Part shown: piece after piece, positions 9,711-18,740 of the stretch
Layout: each line of letters begins with the position of its first letter
Numbering within the stretch: the first letter of the stretch is position 1
Assembly (NCBI GenBank): GCA_043809585.1
Contig: JBDROZ010000041.1
Location: 1-64,000 of the forward strand
Length of the DNA stretch: 64,000 nt
Origin: Candidatus Eiseniibacteriota bacterium
GTDB taxonomy: Bacteria; Orphanbacterota; Orphanbacteria; Orphanbacterales; Orphanbacteraceae
Direction: 5' to 3'
Notes under the pieces: model-generated
The model's input: only the letters and a program-made list of their open reading frames with translations
Told to the model about the DNA's origin: nothing
Databases searched by the model: none
Program-made: the position numbers and the translations under genes

Positions 9711-11549
9711 CTATTCGTCGTCTTCATCCTCGTACGAATCACTCCCGGGCAGATCCACGAGATCCGCGATGGTCGTCTTGCCGCTCGTCTGGACCCGGCG
9801 ATGATAGCCATCCACCTCGTCCCGCTCTTCCTGATTCAGGAACGCCTTGACGGACAACACGATCCGGCGGTTCTGCGGATCGAGCCGCACGACCCGGAGG
9901 CTGAGGGAGTTGCCGGTCTCGAAGTTCTCCTTGTTCCGGAGCACGTCTTCCGGGATCTGGGAGAGGGGCACGAATCCTTCGACGTCGTCCCCCACGTCCA
10001 CCACGACCCCCTTGTCCAGGACCTTGACCACCACGGCGTCCACCGCCGCCCCTTCGGGGAGCCGCTCGTACATCCGCTCCCACGGGTCCTCCTGGACCTG
10101 CTTCAGGCCGAGGGAGATCCGCCGGTTCTCTTTGTCGATGTTGAGAACCATGACCTCCACGTCGTCGCTTTTCTTCACGACCTCGTTGGCGTGTTTGATC
10201 CTCTTCGTCCACGACATGTCGGAGATGTGAACGAGTCCGTCGATGCCCTCTTCGAGCTCGACGAAGGCTCCGAAGTTCGTCAGGTTGCGGACCTTGCCGG
10301 TCAGCTTCGACCCGACCGGGTAGCGCTGTTCGATGGTGAGCCACGGATCGGGCTCGGTCTGCTTCAGGCCCAGCGAGATCTTCTCCGCTTCCCGGTCGAC
10401 CTTCAGCACCACCGCGTCGAGTTCGTCCCCGACCGTGAGGATCTTGGAGGGGTGGCGGATGTGGCGGGTCCACGACATCTCGGAGACGTGAACGAGGCCT
10501 TCGATCCCCTTCTCCAACTCCACAAAAGCGCCGTAGTCGGTGATCGAGACGACCCGACCCTTGACGCGGGATTGGACCGGATAGCGATCCTCCACATCCT
10601 CCCACGGGTAAGGCGTCAGCTGCTTCAGGCCGAGAGAGATCCGCTCTTTCTCCCGGTCGAACTCGAGGACTTTCACCTGAATCGTGTCGCCGATGCCGAC
10701 CACCTCGGAAGGGTGCCCGATCCGGCCCCACGACATGTCGGTGATGTGAAGGAGGCCGTCGATGCCGCCGAGATCGACGAAAGCCCCGAAGTCGGTGATG
10801 TTCTTCACCTGGCCCTCGCGAATCTGGCCCTTCTCCAGCTCCTTGATGAGCTTCTCTTTCTTCTGGTTCCGCTCTTCCTCGAGCACCACGCGCCGGGAGA
10901 CCACGATGTTCCGGCGCCTCTTGTTCAGCTTGATGATCTTGAACGGGAAGGCCTGGCCGATCAAGTCGTCCAGATTCGGCACCTGGCGGAGGGCCACCTG
11001 GGACCCGGGCAGGAACGCTTCGACGCCGAACAGGTCGACCACGACCCCGCCCTTGATGCGGCGGGTGAGCCGCCCCTCGACGACGTCCCCCTCGTCGTAG
11101 GCGTCCTTGATGCGGCCCCACACCTTCAGGAAGTCGGCCCGCTGCTTCGAGAGCACCACGAGCCCGTCCTGGTTCTCCAGCTTTTCCAGATAGACGTCGA
11201 GCTTGTCGCCGACGCTGATGTTGATCGGTTCGGGGAACTCGGAAAGCGAAATCACGCCCTCCGACTTGAAGCCGACATCGACCAGGACTTCGTTCTCGCC
11301 GACCCGGAGGACCGTTCCGATGACGATCTGGCCCTCCTCGATCTCCTTCATCGATTCTTCGTAGACGCCGAGCATCTGCTCGAGCACCGCCTTGTCCTGG
11401 TCCTCGTCCTCCTCGTCCACGTTCACGAAGCGGATCTTCGGGGGCTGCCGCACACCCCCTCCGGACTTCGACGGAAAATAGTCCCGGTCGTCGTCCGCAT
11501 CATCCCTTTCCCCGTAGGAATCCCGCTCTTCCCGTGTTCTCTCCTCCAT
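9711..11549 (-). CDS. rpsA: 30S ribosomal protein S1
   Basis: Six S1 repeats (e.g. ITDFGAFVDLGGIDGLLHITDMSW). Confidence 0.97.
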   Translation of the reverse strand: MEERTREERDSYGERDDADDDRDYFPSKSGGGVRQPPKIRFVNVDEEDEDQDKAVLEQMLGVYEESMKEIEEGQIVIGTVLRVGENEVLVDVGFKSEGVISLSEFPEPINISVGDKLDVYLEKLENQDGLVVLSKQRADFLKVWGRIKDAYDEGDVVEGRLTRRIKGGVVVDLFGVEAFLPGSQVALRQVPNLDDLIGQAFPFKIIKLNKRRRNIVVSRRVVLEEERNQKKEKLIKELEKGQIREGQVKNITDFGAFVDLGGIDGLLHITDMSWGRIGHPSEVVGIGDTIQVKVLEFDREKERISLGLKQLTPYPWEDVEDRYPVQSRVKGRVVSITDYGAFVELEKGIEGLVHVSEMSWTRHIRHPSKILTVGDELDAVVLKVDREAEKISLGLKQTEPDPWLTIEQRYPVGSKLTGKVRNLTNFGAFVELEEGIDGLVHISDMSWTKRIKHANEVVKKSDDVEVMVLNIDKENRRISLGLKQVQEDPWERMYERLPEGAAVDAVVVKVLDKGVVVDVGDDVEGFVPLSQIPEDVLRNKENFETGNSLSLRVVRLDPQNRRIVLSVKAFLNQEERDEVDGYHRRVQTSGKTTIADLVDLPGSDSYEDEDDE

Positions 11550-11633
11550 CCTTACCCAATTCCTCCTTCAACCACTGGACTTTGGCCCTCTAGGAGGGCG
11601 AACGTTCATCATAGATCATCGATTCGGCGGGCG

Positions 11634-12248
11634 CTACCCATAAATCGCCTGGAGGGCACGGATTCTCTCGATGGCGAGTTCGCCGATCCGGCGCTGCACT
11701 TCCTTCCTCGTCCCCCCCTCCGCGGCCCCGGGTTCCACGGGATCCCCGAAGAAGACGCCGAGCGTCCCGCGGCGCCGGAGCCCCCCCCCGATCCCCCGGG
11801 TCCCCCGGAGGTAGGTGGGGACGACGGGGACGTTCGCCCGGGCGGCCATCATGCCGATCCCCGGCCGGGCGTCCCGGATCTTCCCGTCCAGGGACCGGGT
11901 CCCCTCGGGGAAGACGAGGAGCGCGCCCCCCCCCGTCAGGATCTCCTGGACGGTCTGGAGCGTCTCCCGCCCCACCGACCCCCGATCGACGGGGAAGGCG
12001 CCGCACGCCCGGATCAGGCCGCCGAAGAAGGGGTTCCGGAAAAGCTCCCGCTTCGCGAAGAAGCGGAGCTCCCGGGGAGAGCCGGCCGCGGCCACCATGG
12101 GATCGGCATAGGAGGCGTGGTTGACGGCGAGGATCATCCCCCCCTGCCGGGGGATCTTCTCCAATCCCTCGACCCGAAGCCCCCAGAGGAGACGGAAGAC
12201 GAGCCGGACCGTCCCCCGGGAAAAGCGGTAGAACGGCCTCATTCTCAT
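11634..12248 (-). CDS. plsC: 1-acyl-sn-glycerol-3-phosphate acyltransferase
   Basis: NHASYAD (HX4D) and FPEGTRS motifs. Confidence 0.9.
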   Translation of the reverse strand: MRMRPFYRFSRGTVRLVFRLLWGLRVEGLEKIPRQGGMILAVNHASYADPMVAAAGSPRELRFFAKRELFRNPFFGGLIRACGAFPVDRGSVGRETLQTVQEILTGGGALLVFPEGTRSLDGKIRDARPGIGMMAARANVPVVPTYLRGTRGIGGGLRRRGTLGVFFGDPVEPGAAEGGTRKEVQRRIGELAIERIRALQAIYG

Positions 12249-12919
12249 CCGCCCGCCTCCCGGACGATCCTGACGATCCGTTCGATCTGCCCCTCGAGGG
12301 TCATGCCGGTCGTGTCGACATCGATCGCGTCCGCCGGGCGCTTAAGCGGAGCGACCGCCCGGCCCGAATCCCGCCGGTCCCGCTCCGCGATGGCGCGCCG
12401 CAGTTCGACCGGATCGACCGTCAGGCCCGCCCTCTCCATCTCCCGGGCCCGCCGCCGGGCCCGCTCGTCGATATCCGCGAAGAGGTAGATCTTGACCGGC
12501 GCCTCGGGGAAGACCACGGTCCCGATGTCCCGGCCTTCGACGACGAGGCCGCCCTCCCCGGCGGCCCCCCGCTGGATCCGGATGAGGAGGCTCCGGATCT
12601 CGGGATTCGCGGAGAGGGGCGAGACGAGCCCGGTCACCTCGGGCGCGCGAATGGACCCGCTCACGTCTTCCCCGTCGAGAAGCACGTCCATGGCGCTCCC
12701 GCGCCACCGGGGCCGGACCTCCGCCCTCCGGCAGACCTCCACCGCATCGGGACCGAGGGGATCGGCCGCCCCCGATCGGAGGACCGCGAGGGCGAGGGTC
12801 CGGTAAAGGGCGCCCGTGTCGAGATAGCGGTAGCCGAACCGTTCGGCCACGCCCCGGGCGGTGCTCGTCTTGCCGGCCCCGGCGGGGCCGTCGATGGTGA
12901 CGATGAGACCGGCCATCAT
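12245..12919 (-). CDS. cmk: Cytidylate kinase
   Basis: TIDGPAGAGKTS, LDTGALYR, EGRDIGTVVFP. Start overlaps the aroA stop. Confidence 0.95.
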   Translation of the reverse strand: MMAGLIVTIDGPAGAGKTSTARGVAERFGYRYLDTGALYRTLALAVLRSGAADPLGPDAVEVCRRAEVRPRWRGSAMDVLLDGEDVSGSIRAPEVTGLVSPLSANPEIRSLLIRIQRGAAGEGGLVVEGRDIGTVVFPEAPVKIYLFADIDERARRRAREMERAGLTVDPVELRRAIAERDRRDSGRAVAPLKRPADAIDVDTTGMTLEGQIERIVRIVREAGG

Positions 12920-14223
12920 CCTTCCTCGATCGCCTCGCCGAGACCGAGGGCGGCGGCCATGGGAAGGAACTCGGGGAGAGAGGTGGAGACGCACGCGGTG
13001 TCCCGCACTTCCGAAGGGCCGGCGGCGGCGAGGGCGAGCACGGCGGCGGCCATGGCGATCCGGTGGTCCCCGCCGCTCTCGACGATCGCCCCCCGGACCG
13101 GGCCCCCTTCGAGGTCGAAGCCGTCCTCCACCTCGTCCACGGTCCGGCCGAAGGCGCGGGCGGTCTCGGCGATCTTGCGGATCCGGTCGCTCTCTTTCAC
13201 GCGGAGTTCCTTCGCGTCCCGGACCCGGAAGACGCCCTCCGCCACGCATGCCGCCGCGGCGAGCACGGGGATCTCGTCGATGAGGCGGGGCACCTCCTCT
13301 CCCTTCACGTCCGTCCCCCGGAGCTTCGACGAACGCACCCGGAGCCGGAGACGGGGCTCCGGCCCGTCCGTCTCCATCGGCTCCCGTTCAAGGCTCGCCC
13401 CCATCCGCTCCAGCACGTCGAGGTAGGCGGTCCGGGTCCGGTTGTCGAGAACCCCCTCGAGAACCACGTCCGAGCCCGGCACGATGAGCGCCGCCACGAC
13501 GAAGAACGCCGACGACGAGGGGTCCCCCCCCACCTCGACCGGCGCCCCCCGGAGCCTTGTCCCCCCCGTGACCGACGCCCGGAGGCCTTCCCTCTCGATG
13601 GCGCCGCCGAAGTAGGCGATCATCCTCTCCGTGTGGTCCCGGGAGGGGCCCGGCTCGGTCACCTCCGTGCGCCCTTCGGCCCGGAGTCCGGCGAGGAGGA
13701 TCGCCGACTTCACTTGGGCGGAGGCGACGGGGGAAAGGTAGGCGATCCCCTTCAGGTTCCCCCCTCGGATCGTGAGGGGGAGCCGCTCACCATCCCCCTC
13801 CCCTTCGATGACCGCGCCCATGGCCCGGAGAGGCTTCACGATGCGCCCCATCGGCCGGCGTCGGAGCGAGTCGTCCCCGTCGACGGTCGCCGCGAAGGAC
13901 TGGCCGGCGAGCACCCCGGCGAGGAGGCGGACGCCGGTCCCGGAGTTGCCGAGGTCGAGGGGCCCCCGGGGCGCCGCGAGCTCCCCCCCCCGGCCGACGA
14001 CGAGCCACCCCCGCTCCCGCTCCTCGATCGATACGCCGAGGGCGCGGAGGGCGGCGGCCGTCGCGAGACAGTCCCCCCCCCGGTTCGGGCGCCGGATGTC
14101 GGTCTCCCCCTCGGCGAGGGCGCCGAGGAGGAGCGCCCGGTGGGTGACCGATTTGTCCCCCGGAACGACGGCCCGCCCGCGGGGCGCGGCGCCGGGGCGT
14201 ATCCGATAGCGGGAGGCGTTCAT
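12916..14223 (-). CDS. aroA: EPSP synthase
   Basis: PGDKSVTHR, GNSGT, SAQVKS, LRVKESDR, DHRIAM. Confidence 0.96.
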   Translation of the reverse strand: MNASRYRIRPGAAPRGRAVVPGDKSVTHRALLLGALAEGETDIRRPNRGGDCLATAAALRALGVSIEERERGWLVVGRGGELAAPRGPLDLGNSGTGVRLLAGVLAGQSFAATVDGDDSLRRRPMGRIVKPLRAMGAVIEGEGDGERLPLTIRGGNLKGIAYLSPVASAQVKSAILLAGLRAEGRTEVTEPGPSRDHTERMIAYFGGAIEREGLRASVTGGTRLRGAPVEVGGDPSSSAFFVVAALIVPGSDVVLEGVLDNRTRTAYLDVLERMGASLEREPMETDGPEPRLRLRVRSSKLRGTDVKGEEVPRLIDEIPVLAAAACVAEGVFRVRDAKELRVKESDRIRKIAETARAFGRTVDEVEDGFDLEGGPVRGAIVESGGDHRIAMAAAVLALAAAGPSEVRDTACVSTSLPEFLPMAAALGLGEAIEEG

Positions 14224-14224
14224 T

Positions 14225-15238
14225 TCAGAGGGTTCTTCCGACGACGCGGGCGATCTTCTGGACGTCTTTCATGAGGCCCGCGAACCGTTCGGGCAGGAGG
14301 GACTGGTCGCCGTCGGAGAAGGCCCGGTCCGGATCGGCATGCACTTCGATCATCAGGCCGTCCGCGCCGGCGGCCACCCCCGCGAGGGCGAGGGGCGCGA
14401 CCCAGCGCCAGTGGCCGGTCCCGTGAGAGGGATCGACGACGACCGGCAGGTGGCTCCAGTGGTGGACGAGGGGGACCACGGCGAGGTCCATGGTGTTCCT
14501 CGTGGCCCGCTCGAACGTGCGGATCCCCCGCTCGCACAGGATGACGTCGTAGTTCCCCGCCGACATGATGTACTCGGCGGACATGAGGAGTTCGCTCAGG
14601 GTCGTCATCATCCCGCGTTTCAGAAAGACCGGCTTCTTCGCCCGGCCCACTTCTTTGAGAAGGGCGAAGTTCTGCACGTTCCGGGCCCCCACCTGGAGGA
14701 TGTCCGCGTACCGGCAGATGAGCTCCACGTCCCGGGTGTCCATCACCTCCGTGACGATCTTGAGGCCCGTCTCCTCCCTCGCCTCGGCCATGATGGCGAG
14801 CCCCTCCTCGCCGAGTCCCTGGAAGCTGTAGGGAGACGTGCGGGGCTTGAAGGCGCCCCCCCGGAGGACCGTGGCGCCCGCCTTCTTCACCTCCCGGGCG
14901 AGATGCAGGAGGTCGTCCCGGTTTTCCACCGAGCAGGGGCCGGCCATGACGTGGATCCGGTCGCCGCCGAAGGCGAGGTCGCCGACCATCACCTCCGCCC
15001 TTTCGGGCCGGAACTCGCGGTTCGCGAGCTTGTAGGAGGTCTCGATCCGGACCACCCGCGCCACGGCGGGATGCCGCTCGAGGTCCATCGCCTCCATGTC
15101 CTTCGGCGGACCGATGGCGGCGACGATCCGGCCGCCGGTGCCGGGCGATTCGTGGATCTGCACGCCGTGAAGGGCGAGACGGCGCATCAGGTCCTTCTCG
15201 TCCTTGGCCGACACGTTCTTTTTGATGTGAAGAATCAT
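14225..15238 (-). CDS. aroF: DAHP synthase, type I-beta with N-terminal regulatory domain
   Basis: AGPCSVE, RGGAFKPRTSPY, CERGIRTFE, DPSH. Confidence 0.93.
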   Translation of the reverse strand: MILHIKKNVSAKDEKDLMRRLALHGVQIHESPGTGGRIVAAIGPPKDMEAMDLERHPAVARVVRIETSYKLANREFRPERAEVMVGDLAFGGDRIHVMAGPCSVENRDDLLHLAREVKKAGATVLRGGAFKPRTSPYSFQGLGEEGLAIMAEAREETGLKIVTEVMDTRDVELICRYADILQVGARNVQNFALLKEVGRAKKPVFLKRGMMTTLSELLMSAEYIMSAGNYDVILCERGIRTFERATRNTMDLAVVPLVHHWSHLPVVVDPSHGTGHWRWVAPLALAGVAAGADGLMIEVHADPDRAFSDGDQSLLPERFAGLMKDVQKIARVVGRTL

Positions 15239-15253
15239 AGGATTCGTCGCCCG

Positions 15254-16000
15254 TCAACTGACGCCGAGCTTCACCTGCTTGCGAAGGCGGTCCGCCTCCG
15301 CTTCGCTCAGGAAGCGCCACTCCCCGGCCGGAAGCCCCCGGAGGGAGAGCGGGCCGTAGCGGATGCGGACGAGCCTCTCCACCTTGAGGCCCACCTCCCG
15401 GCAGATCCGCCGGATCTCCCGGTTCTTCCCCTCCGCGAGCACCACCTCGAGGGTGGTCCGCTTCCGGTCCCGGTAGATCACCCGCACCTCCACCGGCCGC
15501 GTGAGACGGCCGTCGATGATGATGCCCCGCCGGAACCGGGCGATCGGCTCGTCGGGCAGTTCCCCCCCCACCCGGAGGCGGTAAACCCGCTCGACCCCGT
15601 ACTTCGGGTGGGTGAGGCGGTGGGCGAGGGGCCCGTCGTTGGTGAGGAGCAGCAGCCCTTCGCTCATCCGGTCGAGCCGCCCCACCGGGAAGAGCGGCTT
15701 CGGCGCCCCCTTGAGGAAGTCGAAGACCGTGCGCCGTCGCTCCGGATCCCGGGCCGTGGTCAGCACGTCCACCGGCTTGTGGAAGAGGACGTACGCGACG
15801 CGCCGGGGGGGCGCGATCACGCGGCCGCCGACCCGGACGCGGTCTCTCTCCGGATCGACCCGGGCGGTCAAATCCTTCACCCGCTGGCCGTTGATGGTGA
15901 CCCGTCCTTCGAGGACGAGTTCCTCCACCTTCCGCCTCGATCCGAGCCCGGCGGAGGCGAGAAACCGGTTGATGCGCACCCCCTCCTCGGTAGGCATCAC
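15254..16000 (-). CDS. rluB: RsuA/RluB-family rRNA pseudouridine synthase
   Basis: S4 domain, PVGRLD, EGKNREIRR; follows scpB. Confidence 0.85.
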   Translation of the reverse strand: MMPTEEGVRINRFLASAGLGSRRKVEELVLEGRVTINGQRVKDLTARVDPERDRVRVGGRVIAPPRRVAYVLFHKPVDVLTTARDPERRRTVFDFLKGAPKPLFPVGRLDRMSEGLLLLTNDGPLAHRLTHPKYGVERVYRLRVGGELPDEPIARFRRGIIIDGRLTRPVEVRVIYRDRKRTTLEVVLAEGKNREIRRICREVGLKVERLVRIRYGPLSLRGLPAGEWRFLSEAEADRLRKQVKLGVS

Positions 16001-16800
16001 CGGTCGCCCGCGGCGACGGCGTCCCGGGGCTCCTCGCCCCGCCCGTCCCCCCCGGAAACGTCCTCGAGCGTCTCCCCCTCGGCCTCGTCCGGTTCCGCTC
16101 CGGACAACGGCCCCGGGACGATCGACCCCGGCGCCTCCCTTTCCCCTCCTCCGTCTCCGCCCCCCTCTTCCGCCATCGCCTCCGGAGGAAGGGAGGCCCT
16201 CGGCCCGAACATCTCCTCTACCTCCGACTCGATCTCGTCCATCTCCTTCGACCTCATGATCTCCGACAGCTCTTCGATCTTGGGAAGCTCGTCGAGTCCC
16301 TTCAATCCGAAGTGATTGAGAAAGAAATCGGTCGTGCCGTAGAGCAGGGGCCTTCCGACCCCCTCGGCCCGCCCTTTCAGGGTGACCAGGTTCCGATCGA
16401 GAAGGGTCTTGAGCACGCCCCCCGCGTCGACGCCCCGGATCAGCTCGATCTCGGAACGCATGACCGGCTGCTTGTAAGCCACGATCGCGAGGGTCTCGAT
16501 CGCCGCACGGGAGAGCCTCATCGCCCGCTGCTCGCTGCGGAGCCTCCGGACATGGGCGAAGTAGTCGGGCCGGGTGAACACCTGGTACCCGTTCTCGATC
16601 TCCCGGAGCTCGAAGCTCCGCCCGTCCCGGTCGTAGTCCGCCCGGAGTTCCTCCGCCGCCGCGCGGATCATCGCCGGCTCCATGTCCGTCATCACCTGAC
16701 GGAGCTCTCGGAGGGTCAGGGGCGCGTCGGAGGCGAAGAGCAGCGCCTCAAGGACCTGCTTGACGCTCGGGCTCCCGTTCGTTTTCGTTTCCGATTCCAT
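15997..16800 (-). CDS. scpB: Segregation and condensation protein B
   Basis: LSRAAIETLAIVAYKQP, IRGV, GRPLLYGTT; acidic tail. Confidence 0.95.
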   Translation of the reverse strand: MESETKTNGSPSVKQVLEALLFASDAPLTLRELRQVMTDMEPAMIRAAAEELRADYDRDGRSFELREIENGYQVFTRPDYFAHVRRLRSEQRAMRLSRAAIETLAIVAYKQPVMRSEIELIRGVDAGGVLKTLLDRNLVTLKGRAEGVGRPLLYGTTDFFLNHFGLKGLDELPKIEELSEIMRSKEMDEIESEVEEMFGPRASLPPEAMAEEGGGDGGGEREAPGSIVPGPLSGAEPDEAEGETLEDVSGGDGRGEEPRDAVAAGDR

Positions 16801-17578
16801 CGTCCTCGATTCCCGTGTCTTCGTCGGGCGGATCGGTCCGCCGCCGGATCCAGATTCGACCGAAGAGGGCCGCTTGGCGGAGACGGATCCGTTGAAGACG
16901 GAGCAGCTCCAGCATCGCGATGAAGGTGACGACCACCTCCGCCCGCGAGGCGCCCTCGGAGAAGAGGTCCGTGAACTCCACTTCCCCGTCCCGGTCGAGG
17001 ATGTTCTCGATTCGCTCGACCTTCTCGTCGAGGGTGAACTCGTCGAGGATGACCTCGTACGCCTCCATCCGGGGGGCCCGCGCGATCAGCTGGGCGAAAG
17101 TCCGCAGGAGGCCGACCAGATCGACGGGGATCTGCAGCTCCTCCGGCTCCTCTTCCTCCGGTCCTTCCAGGTCGAGCCGCCCGCGGCCGACCAGGAGCCC
17201 CCGCTCCACCGCCCGCTCCCGGAGGCGCTCCGCGACGTTCTTGAAGCGGCGGTACTCGAGAAGGCGCCGGACCAGCTCCTCCCGCGGGTCCTCCTCTTCC
17301 TCCTCCCCCTCCGCCTCCGGCTTCGGCAGGAGCATCTTCGCCTTGATCCGCATGAGCGTCGCCGCCATGACGAGGAACTCCCCCGCCACCTCCAGGTCGA
17401 GGGCCTGCATCAACCGGACGTGCTCGAGGTACTGCTGCGTCACCCGGGCGATCGGGATGTCGTAGATGTCGATCTCGTCCCGCTTGATCAGATAGAGGAG
17501 CAGATCCAGGGGCCCCTCGAAGCTCTCGAGGACGACCCGGTAACCGGTCCCTCTGACCTCTTCGGCGATCTGAACCAT
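16748..17578 (-). CDS. scpA: Segregation and condensation protein A
   Basis: FEGPLDLLLYLI, EFLVMAATL, TFIAMLEL. Confidence 0.95.
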   Translation of the reverse strand: MVQIAEEVRGTGYRVVLESFEGPLDLLLYLIKRDEIDIYDIPIARVTQQYLEHVRLMQALDLEVAGEFLVMAATLMRIKAKMLLPKPEAEGEEEEEDPREELVRRLLEYRRFKNVAERLRERAVERGLLVGRGRLDLEGPEEEEPEELQIPVDLVGLLRTFAQLIARAPRMEAYEVILDEFTLDEKVERIENILDRDGEVEFTDLFSEGASRAEVVVTFIAMLELLRLQRIRLRQAALFGRIWIRRRTDPPDEDTGIEDDGIGNENEREPERQAGP

Positions 17579-17706
17579 GAGATCCCTCGTCCCCCAAGCT
17601 CGTCCACGGGCGGATGGTCCATTGAAGCACATGGAACGACGCCGTTTCCATGATTATTTCGGGGGGGAGGGGGATGGGGGGCCCGCCGGAGTCAATTCCG
17701 GGGTCA

Positions 17707-17793
17707 ATTCCGGGGACGCCATACTTATTTCATTCGATGAGGTCACTGCCGACGACAAAGCCACTCTGGAAATAAGTATGGCGTCCCCGGAAT
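17707..17793. repeat. Perfect 25-bp inverted repeat (REP/MITE-like element)
   Basis: ATTCCGGGGACGCCATACTTATTTC (17707-17731) and its exact reverse complement (17769-17793), 37-bp spacer. Confidence 0.9.
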
Positions 17794-17828
17794 GGGCCCC
17801 TGCATTTTCCCGGAGGTCGTGGGGAGCA

Positions 17829-18740
17829 TCACCCCCGGGGATGGAAGGTCCGGTGCACCTCTTTGAGGTAGGTCCGGTCCACGGCCGTGTAGATCTGCGT
17901 CGTCGACACGTCGCTGTGCCCGAGCATCTCCTGCACGTCCCGGAGGCTCGCCCCCCCTTCGAGAAGGTGCGTCGCGAACGAGTGCCGGAGGGTGTGGGGG
18001 GAGATCTTCCCCGGGAGACCCGCCTCCCGCGCCCGCTTTCTCAGGATCTTCCACACCCCCATCCTCGAGAGGGCGCCCCCCCGGTGATTCAGGAAGAGCT
18101 CCTCCGTCCTCTTCCCCCGGATCAGGATCCACCGCCCCTCCTTCAGGTACCGATCCACCGCCGCAAGCGCCCGCCTCCCGACCGGCACGACCCGCTCCTT
18201 CCCCCCCTTCCCGACTACCCGGACGTACGCCTCCTTCCGGGAGAGGGCGCGGAGGGGGAGGTCGATCAGCTCCGAGACCCGCATCCCCGTCGCGTAGAGA
18301 AGCTCGAGCATCGCCCGGTCCCGATGCCCGAGGGGCCCTTCGGCGGGAATCTCATCGAGAAGCCTCTCCACCTCCCGGACCGGGAGGGCGTGGGGGAGCC
18401 GGAAAGGGAGCCGGGGGGAGAGAAGAGCGGCGGTCGGGTCCCGGCGGAGAATCTTCTCCCGGACCAGAAAGCGGTGGAACATGCGAAGGGACGAATGGCG
18501 GCGGGCGAGGGTCCGCGCCGAGAGACCGGCCCGGCTCTCCCCCTCCGCGAACCCCGACAGGTGCTCCGGCCCGATCCCCTCCGGCTCCCCCACCCCCTGC
18601 TCCCCGAGGAAGCGGAGGTACCGGGCGAGGTCCCGCCGGTAGCTCTCGATGGTGTTCGCGGCGAGGGAGCGCTCGGTCTTGAGATACACGAGAAACTCCC
18701 CGAGGGCGTGGTCGATGGGGGAGGTCCGCCCGCGGCTCAT
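17829..18740 (-). CDS. xerD: Tyrosine recombinase XerD
   Basis: LYATGMRVSEL, GKGGKER, HTLRHSFATHLL, LGHSDVSTTQIYT, HPRG C-terminus. Confidence 0.92.
   Translation of the reverse strand: MSRGRTSPIDHALGEFLVYLKTERSLAANTIESYRRDLARYLRFLGEQGVGEPEGIGPEHLSGFAEGESRAGLSARTLARRHSSLRMFHRFLVREKILRRDPTAALLSPRLPFRLPHALPVREVERLLDEIPAEGPLGHRDRAMLELLYATGMRVSELIDLPLRALSRKEAYVRVVGKGGKERVVPVGRRALAAVDRYLKEGRWILIRGKRTEELFLNHRGGALSRMGVWKILRKRAREAGLPGKISPHTLRHSFATHLLEGGASLRDVQEMLGHSDVSTTQIYTAVDRTYLKEVHRTFHPRG

Noticed and set aside
3141-12488. Very long plus-strand ORFs (e.g. 3141-5828, 7478-9634, 9801-12488) and similar ones elsewhere
   Set aside because: They are antisense shadows of real genes, expected from extreme GC codon bias, and carry no recognisable motifs.
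17707-17793. Possible dif site beside xerD
   Set aside because: It does not match the 11-6-11 dif layout or the TTATGTTAAAT XerD arm.
17829-18740. xerD as a prophage or island integrase
   Set aside because: It has housekeeping XerD features, is coupled to uvrC, and has no phage genes or att repeats nearby.
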